The notes below the pieces were generated by a model. The model did no database searches and was not told where the DNA came from. It saw nothing but the letters and a program-made list of their open reading frames with translations. Made by a program: the position numbers and the translations under genes. A DNA stretch of 64,000 bases from Schizochytrium sp. TIO01 (lineage: Eukaryota; Protista; Bigyra: Labyrinthulomycetes): contig SMSO01000025.1 of the NCBI GenBank assembly GCA_004764695.1, positions 2,976,001 through 3,040,000 on the forward strand, written 5' to 3'. This document shows, piece after piece, positions 34,282 to 44,736 of the stretch (position 1 is its first letter; each line of letters starts with the position of its first letter).

Positions 34282-35424
34282 ATGTCGGAGATTAAGGGTC
34301 TTGCTACCAAGGTGGGTGAGGAGATCGACCTTACCGGAGACGGCGGCATCGTGAAGAAGGTGCTCGCTCTTGGTCAGGAAGATGGTGCCACTCCGCAGCC
34401 CGGCGATCAGGTTTGGGCTCATTACACTGGTACCCTTGAAGACGGCTCCAAGTTTGACTCGAGCCGTGATCGCAACAAGGAATTTGATTTCACCATTGGC
34501 AAGGGCCAGGTCATCAAGGGCTGGGATGTCGGTTTTGCATCCATGCGCAAGGGAGAGCGCGCAGAACTCATCATCAAGTCTGATTATGGCTACGGCGCGA
34601 TGGGATCCCCGCCCAAGATTCCTGGCGGCGCTACGCTCAAATTTGATGTTGAGCTCATCCGCTTTGGCCCCAAGCCCAAGGAAAAGTGGGAGTTGAGCCC
34701 TGCCGAGAAGATCGCAGAGGCCAAGCAGTATAAGGAGAAGGGCGTGGAGGCTTTCAAGGCGAAGGATTACACCACTGCTCTTGAGGAGTGGGAACAGGCG
34801 TTTGACTACGTCGAGTTCATGGATGGAAGCGATGAAGAGGCCGCCGAAGGTGGCGAGCTTAAGCTCTCTCTTCAGCTCAACATGGCTCAGGCCGCGCTCT
34901 CTACCAAGGACTTCCCCAAGGCTATTCAGCACGCTAGCTCTGCTCTTAAGGAACATCCTGATAATGTCAAGGCTCTCTTCCGCCGTGGTGCCGCACAGTC
35001 CGCATTGGCTAACTTTGGCGAAGCAAAGGAGGATCTCATGAAGGCGCATGGCCTTGAGAAGGACAACAAGGCTATTATTCGTGAGCTTGGTCTCTTGAAG
35101 AAGCGTATCCAGGATGCCAAGGCGAAGGAGAAGTCTATCTTTGGTAATGCCTTCAGTAAGATGGGCGGTGGCATGTACACTGAAAAGAAGTCCGTTGTGC
35201 CTTCTCTTGCTCACGACCAGCACAAGGATTGCCCTAAGGTCTACTTTGATGTCAAGGTTGGTGAGGATGCCGAGCCTGAGCGTGTTGAGATGGAGCTCTT
35301 TAAGGACACTGTCCCCAAGACCGCTGAGAACTTCCGTGCCCTTTGTACCGGCGAGAATGGATACGGATACAAGGGCTGCACCTTTCACCGTGTGATCAAG
35401 GACTTTATGATTCAGGGTGGCGAC

Positions 35425-35456
<32 letters not shown>

Positions 35457-35730
35457 TATTTACGGCGAGCGCTTTGATGACGAAAACTTCTCCTCCAAGC
35501 ACACTGAGCCGGGTCTTCTTTCCATGGCCAACGCTGGCCCTAACACCAACGGCTCCCAGTTCTTCATTATCACTGCCAACGAGGGCACCCCGCATTTGGA
35601 TGGCAAGCATGTCGTCTTTGGTCGTGTGACCAAGGGTATGGACATTGTTCGCAAGATCGAGGATACCGAAACTGACGGCAGCGACAAGCCCAAGTCCGCG
35701 GTCACTATTGTTGACTGTGGCGAGCTCTAA
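34282..35730 (+). CDS. Dual-family immunophilin (FKBP + TPR + cyclophilin; FCBP architecture)
   Basis: FKBP ([30 protein letters not shown]), TPR block (KALFRRG) and cyclophilin ([55 protein letters not shown]). Strong codon bias. Confidence 0.95.
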
Positions 35731-36568
35731 GTTTCTTTTCTTTGCACATGTAGAATCAACCGCCAGAGTGAGCTGCTGCAATGATGGATAGATATGATAG
35801 CTTGTCTCTATTATCTACCGGATATTCTTTGCAAGGGTGAATGACAGATGTTTTCGAACTCCATCCAGTTTTAATCCCTTATTTTTCTGCGAATGCACCA
35901 ACCTGGTTTTAGCCAATCTTGCTAACCTTGCATTGTTGGCTACTTTGGCACCAGCTTACATTCGCGAATAATAGCAATCACGTATGATAACTTCTCCCCC
36001 GCGTAATACTTTAGTTTGCTCACTTGAATTTACGAGTTCAGGTGGGTTTTGATCAAAATATTCTGAAACTGATTTTTTTTTTTTGGATTCTTCTAACAAT
36101 CCGTGTCATTTGAGAATTGATATCTAGATTTTCCTTTGACGGTTGGCAAGATACGTTGTCCTGCATGTCCTCTTTCCTAGAGAAAAGTATGACCCTTCTA
36201 TTAAGAGTGTTCACGCTTGATTACTATTTTGGTTTCAGATTGATTCATTCGTTTCTATCCTCCCTTATTCGCATGCAATACAATATGCACGGAGTCAAAA
36301 GAAGAAAAACAAGTTTTGAGAGCGATCTTCTATATAAAAAACTTAAAAACTTAAAAGCCAATTAAGAGGAGTATTCAAGCGCTCGAAGTCGTTAGAGACT
36401 GAAAATCAAGAATTTATTATTTGCCCGTCATCAAAACATCCTGCGGTATTTGTACAAGCAAGAAAAGTAATAAAATGAGGAGAGAGAACATATTGTTTTG
36501 TGGAAAAGGGGTACGAAAAAGGGTTGGTTAGGTTTGTTTGTTCGTTAGTTTAGAAGCAAAGAGACATT

Positions 36569-37765
36569 TTACTTGAAGACCTTGCAGTCGAGGTAGTTGC
36601 GGGGAGCGCCAATACCAGTGACCTGGTCGGCCTCGGAGCACCAGTACTCAGCAATGATGGCCTTGTTCTTATCGTTGAGCTCCATCTTGGTCCACTCGTG
36701 GTACTCAGCATCCGGGTTGGAGTCGAGGATGGCCTCAACGTTGTCACCGCGGAAGAGCCAGCAGCCCTCGAGCTCCTGGCCCTCCTCAGTGCCGAGGATG
36801 AGGAGGGTACCGAAGAGGTACTTGCGGACAGCGTCAAGACGCTGGCAGAAGCCGCCGGCAAGGTTGGAGGTCTGGAAAGAGACCTTGAGCTCCTCGTTGA
36901 ACTTGTACTTGGAGACCCAGATGCTCCAGCCCTCAGTGTCGAGGTTCTCCCAGAGCCAGGGCATGGCGTCGTACGGGTTGCTAGCGTTAGAGTACTGTCT
37001 CTTCCAGGCATCCATGACGAAGTCGCTCTTGGGGAGCTTGCCGAGGGCGGTGACGGGGTCAACCTTCTCCTCCTTGGGCTCCTCCTTCTTGGGCTCCTCG
37101 GCCTTGGGGGCCTCAGCAGCGGGGGCGGCGGACTTCTTGGGCTCAGCCTGGGACTTAACGGCGGTCTTGACAAGGGTGACGGGGCCAACAACCTTGATGA
37201 ACTCGGGCTGGTTGGCAACAGTCTCGAACCAGCGGGTCACGTTGACAAGCTGCTTGCGGGCCTTGGCGTCGAGCACAAAGCGGAAGGGAAGCACGAGGGT
37301 GACGGCAACAGCGATATCGGCGAGGGTGACGGCGCGGCCAACGAGGAAGGTCTCAGTCTTGAGGTGCTCCTCGAGGACGGCAAGGGCAGCCTTGAGCTCC
37401 TTAAGGGCACGGGTGGAGACCTCGGGCACGTTCTCGGAGAAGCCAATGATGGGGTAGACAGCCATGGTGGCGGGGACCTCGATCTCGTTGGAGCAGAAGT
37501 CGACCCAGGACTCGATCTGGGCCTGCTCAAAGGCGTCCTTGCCAACGAGCTCGGTCTTGCCGGCAGCGACGAACTTCATGGCGGCGTTGCTGGTGAAGAG
37601 GCAGCCCTTCTCGGTCTCGAGCATGGGGAGGCGCTCAGCGGCGGCCTTGCCCTTGACGTCGCTCTCCTTGACGCCGGTCACGACCTCGAGGCTGGCACCA
37701 GCATACTGGGCAGCGACGATGATCTTCTGGGCGCGGAAGGAGCCGGGGCGAGCGTACAGCTTCAT
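36569..37765 (-). CDS. EEF1G: Translation elongation factor 1B-gamma
   Basis: N-terminal GST-like domain (AQIESWVDF, ETFLVG..VTLADI, NVTRWF), Lys/Glu/Pro linker and EF1G C-domain (LPKSDFVMDAWKRQYSN, WLWENLD.EGWSIW, GCWLFRG). Extreme C/G third-position bias. Confidence 0.96.
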   Translation of the reverse strand: MKLYARPGSFRAQKIIVAAQYAGASLEVVTGVKESDVKGKAAAERLPMLETEKGCLFTSNAAMKFVAAGKTELVGKDAFEQAQIESWVDFCSNEIEVPATMAVYPIIGFSENVPEVSTRALKELKAALAVLEEHLKTETFLVGRAVTLADIAVAVTLVLPFRFVLDAKARKQLVNVTRWFETVANQPEFIKVVGPVTLVKTAVKSQAEPKKSAAPAAEAPKAEEPKKEEPKEEKVDPVTALGKLPKSDFVMDAWKRQYSNASNPYDAMPWLWENLDTEGWSIWVSKYKFNEELKVSFQTSNLAGGFCQRLDAVRKYLFGTLLILGTEEGQELEGCWLFRGDNVEAILDSNPDAEYHEWTKMELNDKNKAIIAEYWCSEADQVTGIGAPRNYLDCKVFK

Positions 37766-37789
37766 GGTTTTAGTTTGTGTGTTTGCGAA

Positions 37790-38244
37790 CTACAAAAATG
37801 TGATTCTATGTACCATAAATATCGCATGAAAAATGATCAAAATCGATTCGATTGATGGAGCAAAGTAAATTGTGGTTAGTCCTCATCATCCTTATTTATC
37901 AATACCATACCAAAGGTTTCCTCTAGCGCCACACGACTCTGTCGTCATGAATTCGCTATGCCTCTTTTCATACCGCGCTTGCTCACGCCATCCATCGTAT
38001 CTTGACATAATAAGCACACGGGGTATCTCTGCTTATCAAAGTAAGCTTCAGTAGATCGTTGCTTCTTCATGACCACACTGCCACGCCAGCCAGCCAGCCA
38101 AATCTCTCATCAACCTAATAAGCTGCGTGAGACACGGCTTTCAAAAGGTCATAGACTAGAGCCATAGAGCACTGAGCATTCTCCCCGTATCCCGTGAACC
38201 CTTCCCTCGCGCAGCCGGGTACCTCTCCACACGCTCGCACCTAC
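37790..38244 (-). other. Putative 5'-UTR intron of EEF1G
   Basis: Minus-strand acceptor TTTTTGTAG ends at 37790, 24 nt before the ATG. Candidate donor AG|GTAGGT at 38244; the donor position is uncertain. Confidence 0.4.
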
Positions 38245-39598
38245 CTCTGATTGGCGATCTGCTGCGAGACGACTGGAGCCAAGCAAACCAAACATCATCT
38301 CCTAATATATGACGAAGAACCCAGAAAGAAAAGAAAAGAAGGCTTTTCAAAGGACCTTACGAGGGGAAAGAATCTTTTAACTACCTTTCGCAGCATATTA
38401 TCATTATCAGAAAGAATCGTAAAAAGAAAGAAAGAAAGACACAGGGCTAGCGAGAACTAGGATACTATTACAACACACTGCGAGTGAATGGATGGATGGC
38501 GGAGATGCGGCCGGGCGGTTAGAAGTGTATTAATGTTTCGGTTAGGAGGGCTGCGGCTGAAGACCTCCGAGGGCAACGAGCGGGAACGAAGGTGGAAAGA
38601 AACGATTGCGATGCTAGAAGGTTTTAGGAAAGCTTGAAGCGGGCTCCGTGAACTTGAAGGGATCGGAGATGGGCTGGGAACAGGACTAAAACCAAGAGAA
38701 GTTCACGAGCGGAGAGAGCTTCATCAGAACATTCCGAAAGTAGTATTAGGGATCCCCGTGAATCGTTAAAAGCAGGTTGGGATGATGTCGTTGTCAACCT
38801 AGGTTGCACTACCTAGCTAGATACCTAATTAGTTAGTATTTTGCTTAGCAATAGCAAAGCAGGCAATGCGACTACAGTGGCGGCAGTGTTTGTATGCGTT
38901 ACGAATGGGCCAAATCATGCTTTGAAAGGAACTGAGTAAGAAATGGGGACAAAATTTACGAATATAAAGTACAACGGGGCAGGTAGATTCTTCAGTTTCA
39001 ATTCAGAGTTCAATAAATGGTTGAGTTGTAGATTTTTCTCAGGTAGAGTATTATTTGTATGTGTGATTCATGTGCAAATCTATTCGAGGCGAAGAAGCTC
39101 TTTGTTGCAATGTAGGATTTAAACCAATAAACGTTGACCAAAATAGCGTCTTTGTCGCCGATGTTTGTTTCTGTACTTGAGTTATTTTTTTTGTACATTT
39201 TGCAATGTGATGGGCAGGGAAAATTACGTCGTCTTCATCTGCAAAAGTATCATCGTCTTGACTAATCACAGGGACTTTGCCAATAAATCACAGGCTTTCA
39301 ACTTATCCTGAATTGGAGATAGTTACGTTTTTATGCAACGCCGCCTCTATATAAATACATCTACAATTCAGACTGTAGTACAAAAGATTTTCAGGTCATC
39401 ATCGATTTATTTCCAACGCTGCCTCACGCCCTCCTAATTATCCTCTAACTCAAACCCTAGCACTTTTCTCTCATATTAAATAGGTGATGATCGTGAATGA
39501 ACAAATGACCACTCTCTGAAAAGTTGGCCTTGAGGTGTAGACCTTTTCGATCTCCTTGCGACGGGGAGATTGATCTCCACCATTCTCTGTGGAAAACG

Positions 39599-41266
39599 AT
39601 GTCGGCAGACATAGGCAAGGATGGCGATGCCACCGCGCCGGCGGCCGAGGCGCGGCAGGGCGCGGTCACAGGCGTCATCAAGCCGCCAGTAGGTCTGCGA
39701 ATGCTTGTGGACAAAACCGCGGAGCACGTGGCCCTGCGCGGAAAGGCTTTTGAGGATAACATCAAGGTCAAGATGAAGGGCAAGCCAAAGTTTGATTTTC
39801 TTAACCTTGGACATCCGTACCACCGATACTACTTGGAGAAAGTTGACGAGCTTTCACTTAAACAGCACCTTGACGCCACTAAGAAAGATCAAGAAAGTAA
39901 ACAAGCCTCTACAACATCCGCATCATCATCGTCTTCTACCTCGCCAGATGCGGGCACGGCTAATAAGGTAGCAAACAGCGAAAGTGCTGATGATGATGCA
40001 GATAAAAACTCTGGGGAATCGAAACGAGAGGAGGAGGAGGAGCAACAAGACGCGGAAGAGTCTACGGGAAAAGCGACCAGCTCAAAGGATACGAAGAATA
40101 GCAATGTTATTCAACGATCTGCAAAGCTAGACGCTACGGCTAAAGCAATTCGGAAAAGGCGCACACGAGCCCCACCTCCCCTTCAGTTTACTGTAGATCA
40201 CCCAATTGGGACAGAGCCTGCGCAAACGATAGATCTTATTAAATTAATGGCAAAGTACGCCGCTGTACTTGGGGATGACTTTATTCAGCAGGTGCGGGCT
40301 CGAGAGCAGTATAATCCGGAATTTGGTTTCCTGCACGTAGGTGACCGCCTCCACTCATATTTCAGAGAGATGCGAAAGATGTATGCAAAAGTGCTTGATT
40401 GGGAAGAAACAATGAATGTAGTCGCGGAGGATTTTAAAGACCGGTTAAACGTTCTGGATCGTGCTGTGCATCGTGTTGAGTGGGAATCTGACCAGGCCAT
40501 GCGTGACCGTGAAATGAAAGTAAAAGAGCGTGAGGAATTTATCGCTTTTAATCAAATCGACTGGCACGATTTTGCACTCGTGGACACAATCTCATTTGAA
40601 GACAAACCTTCGACGAGCGCTCCTTCAGCTTTAGCTGACACGGGAGAAAATAAAGGGAATGCTTCCTCTTCCGGAACAGCACCTGCTGGCAAAGGGCCTG
40701 CTGCTGCTCCTGCTGCTGCTGCTGCAGAATCAGATTCAGACTCAGACGTTGATATGGATATGGATGATAGTGATGAAGAGGATGGCCCTATTAACGTTCG
40801 CGAAAACTATCAACCACAGGCGAAGGCTCAAGCCACTAAAGAAACCAAACTTGCGCTTCCCGATGGTCGTGAAATGAGTGCCAATGATGTGAATGAGCAT
40901 ATGCGTGTTGAATTGCTTGATCCAAAGTGGAAAGAACAACGAGAGCGTTTTCTGGACAAACAAAAGGTTCAAGCTTTTGCTGAACAAGATATTGGCCGCA
41001 ATTTGAAAAGAATTGCTGCTCACCGTCCGGACGTCTTTTCAACAGACGCGGGTGCTGTAGAACGTGCACGCAAGGAGGACGAGGCTGCCGCTCAATCGCA
41101 AGGGCTTACATGGGATGGTACCGCTAGTTCTGCTGCCGTAGTCACCGCAGAGGCTGCGAAGCGTAAACTTGAAGCACGCAATCAGCCCAAAAAGAACAAA
41201 CCTGAAATTGACTACAAAGTTGGGCCTACTGCTGGTCCGCCTAGCAAGCGAAGCAAGAAGCCTTGA
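39599..41266 (+). CDS. SF3A1: Splicing factor 3A subunit 1 (Prp21/SF3a120)
   Basis: Two SURP domains (VIKPP..R.LVDKTA..V; IDLIKL.AKYAA...NPEFGFL), Prp21 region (FNQIDWHDFALVDTISF) and EHMRVELLDPKWKEQR. Start at ATG 39599. Confidence 0.93.
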   Translation: MSADIGKDGDATAPAAEARQGAVTGVIKPPVGLRMLVDKTAEHVALRGKAFEDNIKVKMKGKPKFDFLNLGHPYHRYYLEKVDELSLKQHLDATKKDQESKQASTTSASSSSSTSPDAGTANKVANSESADDDADKNSGESKREEEEEQQDAEESTGKATSSKDTKNSNVIQRSAKLDATAKAIRKRRTRAPPPLQFTVDHPIGTEPAQTIDLIKLMAKYAAVLGDDFIQQVRAREQYNPEFGFLHVGDRLHSYFREMRKMYAKVLDWEETMNVVAEDFKDRLNVLDRAVHRVEWESDQAMRDREMKVKEREEFIAFNQIDWHDFALVDTISFEDKPSTSAPSALADTGENKGNASSSGTAPAGKGPAAAPAAAAAESDSDSDVDMDMDDSDEEDGPINVRENYQPQAKAQATKETKLALPDGREMSANDVNEHMRVELLDPKWKEQRERFLDKQKVQAFAEQDIGRNLKRIAAHRPDVFSTDAGAVERARKEDEAAAQSQGLTWDGTASSAAVVTAEAAKRKLEARNQPKKNKPEIDYKVGPTAGPPSKRSKKP

Positions 41267-41940
41267 TCTCTTTGTTGCAAACAAAACACACACAAACACA
41301 CACAAAACCAACCAATCAAACTTCAATATATTAGTTAACCGTCTAAGAGTTCGCTTCTTTTTGTATTAAAACATTCATTCTATATCTAATAAGTTTATTT
41401 CTCTAAAGAGTCTGTAAATTATGGTTTAAAATCTTGAAGGTTGTGTCTCGAGACTATACTTCACCCAACAGAGTCAAAAGTGCCTTACGTTGTCTATTGC
41501 ATGAGTCTGTGTCGTTTTATCCAAGATGTATCGATAGCAAGAAATTGAAACCCAAAGTTGGACAGGCATGATCCAACTACTCATTTTTAATAGGCTTGAG
41601 TTGTGGAGAAGTGAAGACTTCGGTCATTCTTGCCATCCCTCCCACAAGAAACAGGCTTTATTTAAATTTTAACAGAAATGCACTTGATTATAATACATGG
41701 ACATCGTCCCTGCTGGTATTAGGGAGGCACACAGGGTAAAGAACAATAGCAGGAAGGCGGTACAGTTTTAAAAAGTTCAATTTTTTTTTCTTTTGGCAGG
41801 CATGTTAATTTGTTGAAAGTCTAGAATTGGTTCATCATGAATGTCGTGCTGTCAGAATTGTGTTGGTCATCAAAGGGTTATAATAGTTGATGGGTTTTGT
41901 GTGTTGTGTGTTGTGATGTTTTCGTGTGGTACATCTTTCT

Positions 41941-43362
41941 TTACATGGAAGGGGCCTTCATAAAGGCAGCTGCGGTGTCCTTACCGTAGACCCAATAGTT
42001 GACCATGACGGACGAGCCCATGTTCTGGACGTGGTGGAACCAGCCAGCGGGCAGGTAAAGGAGCTCACCAGGCTTGATATCGACAACCATTTTGTTGTAG
42101 TGAGACGAAGACACACCCGGAGCGTTGGGGTCGGCGGGGTCACCGTAGCAGAGACCCTTGTTCTTACCCACGCAACGCGGCTTGAGGAGCTGGAAGTCGG
42201 AAGGCGGTGCGATGGTGAAGCGCTTGGTACCGGCAATCATCACAACGATGTTGTCACAGCAATCAGAGTGAGAAGCAGTTCCGGAAACACCGTTACCCAT
42301 CCAAAGAGAGCCACGCTGCATCCAGCGACGCGGGAAGAGAGTAGGCGGGCGGATACCAAGCTTCTGGAGAGCATGGGGCTTGATCTTCATGTTGCGGGGC
42401 AAGTTGCGGAGTCCGTTCTTCTTGATAAGAGTGGCGTTAGCACGGAGAGCAGCAAGACCAGGACCAAGATCGACCTCACCGTCAAAACGAGCGTTGGGGC
42501 GGTACTGAGCGAACGTCTCAGAGGTGACATCGTGGCCATCGAAGGGGAACATTTCATAGAGTTCCTCGAAGGTGTAGGCATGACCAGTGTATCCAGACTT
42601 GCGCATGTTGTCCATGCGGAAGAGGAGTGGCTGACCAAACTTGCGGAAACGCTCGCGGAAGTTCTGCTCGTTGAGTTGGATATTACGCTTAAGCACAGGC
42701 ACGAAACGCTTGATCGGGTGCTCACGGTAGAGGCGAGCGTAATCCTGGACACCCCACCACTCGCTGGTCTTGGCAGGAAGATCGGGCACAAAGACGTCAG
42801 GGCTGGAAGCGTACTCAGCGTAGTTTTCAAAGAGCTCGCTATCGGCCATGGTAGTGAGCTCGTGGTAGGGCTCGGAGTAAAGTGCAGCGACATCAGCAGC
42901 TGCGTTACGTGTGGCAATCTCATCCTCTATGCGCTCGGCCTCGACCTCAGCCGACTCCTCCTGGGATGCGGGGTCAACGTCGCCGGGGGAAGGGTCACCT
43001 GAATCAGAGCGGCGGCTGTACTTCTCACTGCCATTCTCACTGGTGATTTCGAAGCCATCGTTGCCGACTGCAGGAAGCGTGGTAGTGGAGCCTTCAACAT
43101 TGGTGAGGCTGCTAGGAATGAGGGTCTGCTTGTCATGGGCGGCGTATCCGAACATGAAGGATGCCACCACGAGGACCATGACGAGGATGTTGAGGGTCCA
43201 GGGGTTCTGTTTGATACGACGAACCTGCTGACCGACGCGGTCAGCGAGGGAGCCATGCCGAGACTGTCCGCTCAGGAGGCCAGTGTTACCGTCGTGGAGC
43301 TCCGGGGAGTCTGCCCGGGAGTATGGCAGGCTGCCACTGCTGTGCTTGCGCGCCTTCATCAT
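41941..43362 (-). CDS. Type II membrane JmjC/cupin-8 2-oxoglutarate oxygenase
   Basis: Single TM helix (ILVMVLVVASFMFGYAA), acidic stem and JmjC motifs LWMG, SHSD (HxD), GTKRF, PGELLYLPAGWFHHV and VNYW. Confidence 0.85.
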   Translation of the reverse strand: MMKARKHSSGSLPYSRADSPELHDGNTGLLSGQSRHGSLADRVGQQVRRIKQNPWTLNILVMVLVVASFMFGYAAHDKQTLIPSSLTNVEGSTTTLPAVGNDGFEITSENGSEKYSRRSDSGDPSPGDVDPASQEESAEVEAERIEDEIATRNAAADVAALYSEPYHELTTMADSELFENYAEYASSPDVFVPDLPAKTSEWWGVQDYARLYREHPIKRFVPVLKRNIQLNEQNFRERFRKFGQPLLFRMDNMRKSGYTGHAYTFEELYEMFPFDGHDVTSETFAQYRPNARFDGEVDLGPGLAALRANATLIKKNGLRNLPRNMKIKPHALQKLGIRPPTLFPRRWMQRGSLWMGNGVSGTASHSDCCDNIVVMIAGTKRFTIAPPSDFQLLKPRCVGKNKGLCYGDPADPNAPGVSSSHYNKMVVDIKPGELLYLPAGWFHHVQNMGSSVMVNYWVYGKDTAAAFMKAPSM

Positions 43363-44027
43363 ATTTTGAAGATCGGTTGTGGTTCTTGATGAATTTTATT
43401 TATACCGACGGCGCTCGTACGAGGAGCCGCTCTTCTGATACGAAGACCACTACCGTCACTCTTTACTAATTCCTCGGCAGTTGACAAGACAACTGCACGA
43501 TTGTTTGGGGTTTGCTGCCCAAACTTGTGTTCAGGTTTTGCTTTCCGGCGGCCTTGGTCTAGTGCATATGCCTTCCAGCTTGCTTGCTTAGAAGTATGCA
43601 TTTCATTTAGTTTTAAATATTTTATTTTACTTTCAAAATTACCCTTTCGTGTTGTAGAGAAAAGAGAATAAAGATGAGAGAACGCTTTAATAAAAAACAA
43701 ACCAAAAATAAAAAGAAACAGTAGAAGAGAAGAGAAGAGAAGAGAAGTGATGAAAGCTCTAAATCACGTGCTCCAGTAGGAGCCACCGGACACTCCATCT
43801 TTAAAAGCTCCTCAATACTTCAATCTCGTCCCTCTTCTCGAGTCCGCTTGTCGTTCTCCCGCGCAGCACAAAGCAAAGCCGTCCATGGGGCTGCATCTTG
43901 AGCGCGTAAAGCTTGAGTGCGAAAGGCCTTCCAAAGCTTCGAGGAGGAGCAAATTGCTCGAGTCGATCAATAAATTAGACCAAAGCAAAGCAAAGCAAAG
44001 CAAAGCAAATAAATGGAAAGTGGCCTC

Positions 44028-44028
<1 letters not shown>

Positions 44029-44058
<30 letters not shown>

Positions 44059-44066
44059 CTTCTTCT
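44029..44066 (+). repeat. (CTT)n microsatellite, about 12 units
   Basis: Read directly from the sequence. Confidence 0.9.
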
Positions 44067-44662
44067 CTCTTCTTCCTTTACGGTCTGCCCGGTACTTCGG
44101 GTGCCGCCCCTACCGTTTCCCGTAGGCACCCCTACCCCGAGACTCGGACGGCCGCTCTATCGACGAGCACGCAGGAAGAAAGAGAGAACGGCATTCCTTT
44201 CTTTCATTCATTCTTTCTTTCCTTCTTTCTTTCGTGCTGCGAGCTCGGGCAATCCAGGGCTGCTGACTGACTTCGAGTGAGGGAGTGAGTGCTGGGGCGA
44301 GGCCCAGACAGGGTCCTGCGAAGCTCTCGGAGGCCGCGTGCGTCCGCATGAAAGGCGATGGTACTTCAGTCATTCATCAATTCATCCATTCATTCATTCA
44401 TTCATTCATACATAAATGCGTCGATAATCTGCTTTTCATCTCTTCCCTTTCTCTTTCTCTTTAGGTTTTGACAGAGTGCTTTCTCTCCCTTTGTTTCTTT
44501 CTTTTTTGCTTTTCTTTTTTTCTTTCCCAAACGAACACGATCCTCTCGAACCATCTTCTTTTTCAAACAGCATCAGCTTGAGAACGTTTCGTTGTTATGA
44601 AAATCGACAACTTCAAGTCGTTCTTTCTTCTTTTCTTTCTGTCCTCACTCATCGCAGAGCCA

Positions 44663-44705
44663 CAGAGAGAGAGAGAGAGAGAGAAAGAAAGAAAGAAAGA
44701 AACAA

Positions 44706-44733
<28 letters not shown>
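44663..44733 (+). repeat. (GA)n/(GAAA)n compound microsatellite
   Basis: Read directly from the sequence. Confidence 0.85.

Positions 44734-44736
<3 letters not shown>

Noticed and set aside
34219-35781. 520 aa antisense ORF over the immunophilin gene; similar ORFs lie over EEF1G (36698-37855, 36597-37457), JmjC (41926-43002) and P4H (58072-58812)
   Set aside because: Shadow ORFs expected from strong codon bias (avoidance of TTA/CTA/TCA on the sense strand). The translations have no recognisable motifs.
38048-38114. Minus-strand TGATGA...CTGA pair in the putative EEF1G intron (C/D snoRNA candidate)
   Set aside because: No terminal stem, no recognisable rRNA-complementary guide, and the interior is a GGCT microsatellite.
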